NCBI GenBank assembly: GCA_022821265.1
Contig: JAJEDW010000177.1
Location: forward strand, 1-51,096
Direction of reading: 5' to 3'
Length of the DNA: 51,096 nucleotides
From: Acidobacteriota bacterium
Lineage (GTDB): Bacteria; Acidobacteriota; Terriglobia; 20CM-2-55-15
Part shown: positions 44,336 through 51,096 of the stretch, in pieces
Layout: every line of letters begins with the position of its first letter
How positions within the stretch are numbered: the first letter of the stretch is position 1
Translations under genes and position numbers: made by a program
The notes under the pieces: generated by a model
What the model saw: only the letters and a program-made list of their open reading frames with translations
Database searches by the model: none
Told to the model about the DNA's origin: nothing

Positions 44336-45922
44336 TCAGGGCGACGCCGGCGCGGCGACGGGCACCCAGACCGATCCGGACGCGCCCGTGGCCGGCTCCA
44401 GAACCGCCACCCGCACGGCCCCGGTCCGGCCCTCGGTGTCGAGAAACCGCTGGACGATCAGGCCGGTCTGCCGGAAGGTCTCGACCTGCTCGGGCGTCAG
44501 GTCGATCGGGAACGTGGCCGGCGGAATCACGTAGGCCGTGCCGTCGGCGGCGTCCCGGAACACGAGGCCGACGTTGATCGAGCCGCGCATCCGCCCCTCG
44601 CTTTCGACCAGGAGCAGGTCGTCGATGTCGACCAGGGCCACCAGTTCGAACCCGGCGCCGTCCCCGGCCGGGCCGACCGCACCGGTCAGTCCGATCCGGG
44701 TGGCGTCGAGCGGGCTCGACAGCAGCTCGGCCAGACCGACGCGTTCCACGCCTGCCGAACCGCCGCCGAAACCGGCGTAGCTCGGCCGGTACAGCAGGTC
44801 CACCCGGTCGTCGTCGACCTCGACCCGGAGCGAGCGCCGGCCCCCTCCGTCGTCCACCTCGGAGGGATAGAATCCCAGCGTGAAGATCATCCCGGCGTCG
44901 GCGACAGCCGCTTCGATGGCCTCGCCCACGGCGTTGGTGCGGAACCAGCGCCCTCCCGACGCATCGGCGATGGCCTCGGCGGCGCCGAAGACTTCCGCCC
45001 CCTCCTCGCCCGGCCCCCGGACGTCCACCGGATAGATCGCGACGTTCGATTCGCCGATGACGCGGCTGATGCTGTCGACCTGGTCCATGGTTCCGTTCTC
45101 GATCTCGTTCGCCAGGTCGCTTCGGGACCAGATGTCGAACGAGAACGGAAACCGTCCCGACAGCCAGACGATGTTGCGGCGGCCCCGGAGCCCCTCCAGT
45201 CGGCGCGCCACGGTTTCCAGGGCGGCCGAGGTTCGCTGGACGCGGTCGTCCAGGAAATAGTCCGCCGCGCGCCGATCGAAACCCGTGCCGCCGGTGAGGT
45301 TCTCGCCGATCACGGGGTCGAGACCCACGTTGGCGAGATCGGACTCGAAGCCGCCGACGCTGGTCGAGCTCTCCAGCGCCAGCGAGTGCTCCGGCTCCAT
45401 CGCCGCCGCCGCCGCGCCGAGCCCGGCCGGGTCGTCGGTGAAGTCGTGGAGGATGCGCAACCCGTCGCTCCGGAGCTCGTACAACGCCAGGCCTTCCCTC
45501 GGCCCGAACGCGGCCAGGAACCGTTCCAGCTCCTGGTTGGCGTACACCTGGGAGTCGGTCGGCGTGTTGACGCGGTCCACGAGGATCACCGTCGCGCTGG
45601 CCGGGACGGCGCCGCGCCAGTCCCGGCGGTTGGCGCCCACCTCGGCCGGCAACGCCAGCGTACTCCCGAGATCGGTCCGCCCCGACACCCGCTCGAACAC
45701 GGCCAACTCCTGTGCCCGTCCCTCGTCGAATACCCGGAAGTCGTCCCGGGACAGCGTCGCCCGAGCCAGGGCGTCGCCGGCGGCGACAACGTCGACGAGG
45801 ACAAGGCGCGTATCGACGCGCAAGTCGGCGTCGTCCTGCGCGGCGGACAGGCCGGCGGCGAACGCCAGGGTCGAGAGAACCACGCCGCCGGACAGACGGA
45901 ATATCCATGAGCGGAGTGTCAT
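44336..45922 (-). CDS. VWFA-related domain protein (TIGR03436-like), secreted
   Basis: ATG 45922 preceded by GAAGGAGG. Signal, then DLRVDTRLVLVDVVA...LSRDDFRVFDEGRAQELAVFE, the typical N-terminal module of the acidobacterial VWFA-related family. 14 nt upstream of CRTAC1 copy 2. Confidence 0.7.
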   Translation of the reverse strand: MTLRSWIFRLSGGVVLSTLAFAAGLSAAQDDADLRVDTRLVLVDVVAAGDALARATLSRDDFRVFDEGRAQELAVFERVSGRTDLGSTLALPAEVGANRRDWRGAVPASATVILVDRVNTPTDSQVYANQELERFLAAFGPREGLALYELRSDGLRILHDFTDDPAGLGAAAAAMEPEHSLALESSTSVGGFESDLANVGLDPVIGENLTGGTGFDRRAADYFLDDRVQRTSAALETVARRLEGLRGRRNIVWLSGRFPFSFDIWSRSDLANEIENGTMDQVDSISRVIGESNVAIYPVDVRGPGEEGAEVFGAAEAIADASGGRWFRTNAVGEAIEAAVADAGMIFTLGFYPSEVDDGGGRRSLRVEVDDDRVDLLYRPSYAGFGGGSAGVERVGLAELLSSPLDATRIGLTGAVGPAGDGAGFELVALVDIDDLLLVESEGRMRGSINVGLVFRDAADGTAYVIPPATFPIDLTPEQVETFRQTGLIVQRFLDTEGRTGAVRVAVLEPATGASGSVWVPVAAPASP

Positions 45923-46042
45923 TGGGGGTTTCCTCCTTCGGTCGTCGCCAGCGTGCCGACTTTCCACACCAGGAAATTAGACCACACGCGGCGGACCGGC
46001 CGCCAAGCCTTTCGCGTCCGGGGCGTCCGCGCGTCGGCTGCG

Positions 46043-46052
46043 ACAAATTTGT
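46043..46052. promoter_or_regulatory. 10-bp perfect palindrome ACAAATTTGT in the AT-rich core of a 280-bp divergent intergenic region
   Basis: Read directly. A consensus TTGACA lies 23 nt downstream (46075-46080). Possible shared regulator site for the VWFA/CRTAC1 operon and the giant OMP gene. Confidence 0.3.
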
Positions 46053-46202
46053 TTGCTTTTCTGTTACATACCCTTTGACATTGCGGTCCGAACAGTGGTT
46101 TGATCGGGACCATCGAACAATCCGGCGAGCATGCGTCACCGCGTTCGCGGCGAGTCGCATCTTGCCGCGTCCTTCATTCATCGGAGGAGGAGGAGATCAC
46201 AT

Positions 46203-49200
46203 ATGAAACGCTTGATCGCAGCGGCAATGCTGATGCCGCTGGAGTTTGCGGCGCATGGGTTCGGCCAGGCGACCGGCACGCTGGGCGGCACGGTCGAGGA
46301 CCAGACCGGCGCGTTGATCCCCGGCGTGGAAGTCGTGGCCGTCAACCAGGACACCGCCGTCGAGACGCTGGTCATCACGAACGCGGCCGGCGCATACAAC
46401 GTCCTGGCGGCGCAGCCCGGAGACTATACGGTCCGGGCCGTCATGCCCAACTTCCAGACGGTGGAGTTCACCGACGTCTCGGTGTCGGCCAACCAGGCCA
46501 CGCGCCTGAACTTCGTCCTTGAGGTCGCCGCGCAGGCCGCGGCCGTCGAGGTGAGCGTCTCGGCCGACCAGTTGCTGCTGGAAGCGAGCCCGTCGGTGGG
46601 CGAGGCCCTGGAAGCCGACGAGATCGTGGCGCTGCCGAACGTCACCAACAACGTCCTGGAGCTGGTCAACGTGATGGCCGGCGTGACGCGGCAGACCGAG
46701 GGATTCGTGCTCGGGCTGCACGGCGACTTCGCCGGCGTCTCCGCCAACAACATCAACGTCATGCGCGACGGGATCAGCGTCAACGACCAGCGCTTCCAGC
46801 AGGCCGGCCTGAACTCGGCGACCTACATGAACCAGGACATGGTGGGCGAGATGCGCATGGTCCTGGCCCCTGTCGACGCCGAGACCGGCCGCGGCAACGG
46901 TCAGGTGCAGATCACCACGCGCTCGGGCGGCAACGAGTTCCACGGCTCGGCCGTGTGGAACGTCCGCAACAGCGCGCTCGACGCCCGGACCTGGGAGGAC
47001 AACAGCCAGGCGAGCGGCCCGCCGACGATCCCGTGGATCAACCAGAACCAGTACACCATCAGCGCCGGCGGCCCGATCGTTCAGAACCGGACGTTCTTCT
47101 TCGCGCTCTGGGACCAGAACATCTCCAAGTCCCGCCGGAACGCCGTCGCGCAGGTGATGACCCCCTGCATGCAGCGGGGCATCTTCCGCTACTGGGACAA
47201 CTGGGTCAACGGCCCGGCCGACCAGTCCGTGTCCACGGGCGGGGCGAACCCGATCCGGCCGTCGGTCGACGCCTCCGGCAACCCGCTGCCTCCGACGACC
47301 AACCCGGACGGGACGCCCCACAACCAGATCCTCCGGCACGTCAGCCTGTTCGGCCAGGTGTCGGGAACGCCGTCGCCGGACTGCTCGGGCATGACGATCG
47401 CGCCCGCGCCGACCGATACCGGCTCCTGGGACCCGTTCCGGACCGGTTTCGACACCAGCGGCGTCTTCGATCTGCTGGCCTCCCGCGCCCCCGACGTGAA
47501 CACCTACGAGCGCGGCGAAAGCGGAGCGATCCTGGACGGCTTGAACATCGTCTCCCATCGCTGGGTGCGGACGGTCGACGGCCGCGACAACTGGTTCGGC
47601 GTCGGCGAGCCCAACCCGCGCAAGCAGATCAACCTGAAGATCGACCACATCTTCTCGCCGAACCACAAGCTGGCGGCGTCCTACTCCTACGAGAAGGTCA
47701 ACGCCGACGACACGTACGAGGGCTGGGTCGACAGCTACGAGGGGCGCCTGATCCGGAGGCCCCAGGTGCTGTCGGTCAACATGACCTCGACGCTGGCGGC
47801 CAACATCGTCAACGAGGCCCGGTTCGGCATGTCGCGGTCGGGCACGAACGTCACCCACGCGACGTCGCTTCCCGGCGGCCGGGGCCAGGAGCTGCTCGAC
47901 CTGCTGCCCACGACTACCGGCGGACTGCCGGTCCTGACGCAGTGGTGCACGCCCGCCGGGTTCTTCGATCCGGCCACCATGAGCTGGTGCGGCGAGAACG
48001 GCGGCCTGATCGGCGCCCGCGGCAACGGGCCGTCGGCCACCGACATCTGGGACACGAGCCCGCGCTGGACGTTCGCGAACACGCTGAGCTGGACGTCCGG
48101 GCGCCACGCCTACAAGTTCGGCGCCACCTACGTCCGGGCCTCCAGCAACGAGCGAACGGCCGGAAGCAGCATCAACGACCACGCCTTCCCGGTGGTCTTC
48201 CTGGGCGCCACCGACCTGGCGCCGGCCAACACGTTCGACGCGGGGAACCGGAGCGGCTGGCGGGCGATGAACCCCGACCTCGCCGCGGGGCTGACCACCA
48301 CGAACAGCGACCGGATGAACGACCTGCTGATCTTTTTGAGCGGCTCGCTGGACCGCATCGAGCAGGGGCGGTTCATCAACCGGCCCGACCAGGTCGGCAC
48401 GCGCTGGAACGACGCCATCGGCGGGGAGATCTTCAAGGTCCGCGACCTGCAGCAGCGCGAGTTCAACGTGTTCGTCAAGGACGACTGGAAGGTCACCGAC
48501 AACCTGACGCTCAACCTCGGTCTTCGCTGTGACTACTACGGCGTGCCGTGGGACGAGAACGGGTTGTAGCTGACGATCGCAGGCGGCGGCGACGGGCTGT
48601 TCGGCCGGTCGGGCATGGGCTTCGAGAACTGGCTCCGGCCCGGTGAGCGGGGCTCCGACGTCGAGTTCCTCTTCGTCGGCCCGAACTCGCCGAACCCGGA
48701 CATGCGGGTCTATCCGCGCGACACCAACAACTTCGGGCCGGCCATCGGGTTCTCCTACAGCATCCCGTGGCTGGGCCGGGACCGCACGGTCTTCCGCGGC
48801 GGCTACCAGTTGAGCTACCTGGGCGGCGGACGGGCCGCCGAGATCAGCAGCATCATCCAGAACGCGCCGGGCAGCGCGGTCCAGGGCCGCTTCGAGGGCC
48901 TCGGCGGCGGGCAGCACTTCAACATGCAGGACGTCGTCAACGGCGTCGGCGTGCCGGCCGATCCCACGTTCCTGCCGGTGCTGCCGGTGCCGGTCACGGA
49001 CCGGGGCGTCGACCTGGAGGTCTACGCGCCCAACTTCGCGACGCCGTACATCCAGAACCTGACGGCGGCGCTCACCCACACGTTCAACTCGACGCTGACG
49101 CTGGACGTGCGCTACATCGGCACGTTGAGCCGCAAGATGCTCACCAGCTTCAACCTGAACGTCCCGAACATCCACCAGAACGGCCTGTTCGAGGCCTTCG

Positions 49201-50390
49201 AGGCCGCCCGGCGCGGCGGGGAGTCGGCGCTGCTGGACGACCTGTTCCACGGCATCAACATGAAGGCGAACGTCTTCGCCGCCGACGCCATCGTCGGGCA
49301 GAACGGCCTGACCGGGGCGGAGCTCCTGCGGACCGACAGCCGGTTCAACACCAACTTGGCGCGGGGCGCCTACGTCCCGATCGCCGACATGCTGAACACG
49401 TTGAACTACAACAACGCCTACAACCGCGACCTGCCGCCGATTCCGACCGGCACGCAGGGCGGCGTCCTGCGTTACAGCGGGTTCCCCGAGAACTACATCA
49501 TGACGAGCCCGCAGTTCGACGACGCGGAGCTCCGGACCAACATGGGGTACCGCAACTACCACTCGCTGCAGACCCAGTTGACCGTTCGCCCGATCTGGGG
49601 GATCCAGAACACGTTCTCCTACACCTGGTCGAAGGACCTGGGCAACACCAGCAACACCTACACGGTGCCCTGGGAGCGCTGGCGCGACTACCGGCTCGGC
49701 ACCTATTCGCGGGCGCACTCGTTCCGTAGCTTCGGGACGTTCAGCCTGCCCATCGGCCCGAACCAGCTTCTGCTGGGCAACAGCTCGGGGCTCCTGGCCC
49801 GCGTGGCCGAGGGCTGGCAGGTGAGCTGGATCTACAACGCCTCCAGCGGCCGGCCCCTCCAGGTGGCGAGCCTGCGTGGCGGCTGGTACTCCAACAATTA
49901 TCCCGTTCTGGTCGACGGCGCGAACTTCGATGCGAGCGCCGGACAGGTCAACTGGCCGGGCGGCGACGACTTCGGCACCTATTTCAGCGGCTACGAGCGC
50001 CAACCCGACCCGCAGTGCTTGAACCCGTCGGTCGTGGCGCCGTCCCTGCAGGGGCTCTGCGACCTGAACGCGCTTTACGACGGCTCGGGGAACCTCGTGT
50101 TCCGGACCCCGCTTCCCGGCGAGTTCGGCAACTTCCGCGACCAGGTGTTCGCGCCCGGCCGCTGGGATCTGGACATGGCGCTCTCCAAGCGCATCCAGGT
50201 CACCGAGGGGATCTCGATGGAGGTCCGCGTGGACGCCACGAACGTCTTCAACCATCCGCATCCTCAGAACCCCAATCTGAGCATCCAGAGCGGCGACGAC
50301 TTCGGCCTGATCGACGGCAAGAGCGGCGTCGACGTCGAGTTCTCCGAGTACGGCCGCGTCTTCAAGGCGCGCGTCCGGGTGGACTGGTAG
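46203..50390 (+). CDS. giant CarboxypepD_reg-domain TonB-dependent-receptor-like outer-membrane protein, interrupted by in-frame TAG at 48567-48569
   Basis: RBS GGAGGAGGAGGAG before ATG 46203. Signal MKRLIAAAMLMPLEFAAHGFGQ. CarboxypepD_reg-like GTLGGTVEDQTGALIPGVEVVAV...YNVLAAQPGDYTVRAV. Plug-like NNINVMRDGISVND. Long barrel ending ...FKARVRVDW. Track ORFs 46131..48569 and 48615..50390 are in the same frame (...DENGL-TAG-LTIAGGGDGLFGRSGMGFENW...). Confidence 0.8.
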
Positions 50391-50413
50391 ACCGCTCGCT
50401 GATCATCGCGACC

Positions 50414-50448
50414 AAAGGGCTCCCCTCGCCGGGGAGCCCTTTTCGTTT
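50414..50448 (+). terminator. rho-independent terminator
   Basis: Perfect 12-bp stem AAAGGGCTCCCC / GGGGAGCCCTTT, loop TCGCC, followed by TTCGTTT. Lies 24 nt after the OMP stop codon. Confidence 0.75.
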
Positions 50449-50533
50449 CCGCCGCGCGCGGGCCGACGCCGCGCCGGCGCGATTGCCCGCCCCGCCGACA
50501 TCGACTAACATTCGATCGCAGCGAGCATTGGCG

Positions 50534-51096
50534 ATGCGCCATTCAGTCCGAATCCTGGCACTGTTCCTCGCGCTGTCCGGCGCCGGACGGATAGCGGCGA
50601 CGGCGCAGTCCGGCGGGATCGCGCTCCGCCAGATCGTCGCCGCTTCCCTGGAAGACGCCGAGGACATCCGGCAGCAGGCCGCCGCGGGCGTTCCGTTCGA
50701 CGTTCTGGCCGCCGAGCGTTCGCTGGACGCCGCTTCCGCCGCGCGCGGCGGATACATGGGCCGGATCAATCCCGCGGATCTTCGAGACGATATCCGCAAC
50801 GCCGTTGCGGGCCTCGACGCGGGCGAAATCAGCGCGCCGGTCGAAGCCGGCGGCGCGTTCTTCCTGTTCCAGGCCGTATCCGACGCGGAAGCGGACTGGA
50901 TCGACCTCGATGCGGCCGGCGCGGAGGCGCTGGCGGCCGGACGCAATGCGGAGGCCGCAGCGTATTTCCGTGACGCGCTGGTCCTGGCCGAGACGCACGC
51001 TCCGGATTCACCGCAACTGCTCCGCAGCCTGGACAGCCTGGCGGCGGCGTATCGGCTGCTGGAGCGGCCCGCCGAGTCCGAGGCCCTCTATCGGCG
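50534..51096 (+). CDS. secreted PpiC/parvulin-type rotamase-like domain + TPR protein (3' end outside window)
   Basis: Not in the supplied track because it has no stop in the window. My translation from ATG 50534: MRHSVRILALFLALSGAGRIAATAQ (signal), then ...ARGGYMGRINPADLRDDIRNAVAGLDAGEISAPVEAGGAFFLFQ (parvulin-like), then TPR-like AEAAAYFRDALVLAE...LDSLAAAYRLLERPAESEALY. Confidence 0.7.
   Translation, partial: MRHSVRILALFLALSGAGRIAATAQSGGIALRQIVAASLEDAEDIRQQAAAGVPFDVLAAERSLDAASAARGGYMGRINPADLRDDIRNAVAGLDAGEISAPVEAGGAFFLFQAVSDAEADWIDLDAAGAEALAAGRNAEAAAYFRDALVLAETHAPDSPQLLRSLDSLAAAYRLLERPAESEALYR

Noticed and set aside
961-50390. Genome-wide reassignment of TAG to a sense codon, as an explanation for the three internal ambers.
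   Set aside because: At least nine well-supported genes end at TAG exactly where family members end, often followed by an RBS and the next start. These stops are at 963, 8006, 18998, 20507, 24131, 29448, 32242, 34610 and 50390. Reading through 963 would run about 190 codons antisense across vapBC. TAG is therefore a normal terminator here. At most, site-specific read-through remains possible.
1-51096. CRISPR arrays, rRNA, tRNA, integrase/att pairs, and pqqA-like small peptide genes.
   Set aside because: Reading both strands, I found no spaced direct-repeat arrays, no rRNA-like conserved stretches, no cloverleaf candidates and no E-x-x-x-Y pqqA-type mini-ORF next to the PQQ genes. The absence is by eye only and should be confirmed with tRNAscan/Infernal/CRT-type tools.

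Overview
51.1-kb high-GC (roughly 68-70% by eye) chromosomal segment from a Gram-negative bacterium. The gene content (TIGR03436-type VWFA protein, a ~1,395-codon CarboxypepD_reg-type TonB-dependent-like outer-membrane protein, two CRTAC1/ASPIC-UnbV beta-propeller proteins, many Sec/Tat-exported enzymes) suggests Acidobacteriota or Gemmatimonadota, but this is inference only. I support about 48 protein-coding genes and found no rRNA, tRNA or CRISPR array. Left to right: (i) an accessory patch with four PIN/VapC toxin-antitoxin modules, a decayed IS1595 transposase and a ~50% GC islet; (ii) three paralogous PQQ-dependent dehydrogenases, one translationally coupled to a dihaem cytochrome c; (iii) Tat/Sec-exported hydrolases (alpha/beta hydrolase, amidohydrolase, tannase/feruloyl-esterase family, DUF1080) and a NitT/TauT-type ABC importer; (iv) an organic-acid catabolic cluster (MaoC-like hydratase, MBL lactonase, MFS, HIBADH-like reductase, CMD decarboxylase, two divergent MmgE/PrpD genes); (v) a Tat-exported IorB-like molybdopterin subunit without its 2Fe-2S partner; (vi) a cell-envelope cluster of secreted TPR proteins, CRTAC1 propellers, a VWFA protein, a giant OMP and a PpiC-TPR protein. 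The most notable signals are as follows. Three long, otherwise intact genes are each broken by one in-frame TAG, and the IS1595 remnant by a TAA. All three PQQ enzymes carry the D-x-D lanthanide-type signature and have Asp in place of the canonical metal-binding Glu. Two uncharacterised secreted protein families recur next to periplasmic oxidoreductases. Many long antisense shadow ORFs in the track are GC artefacts.
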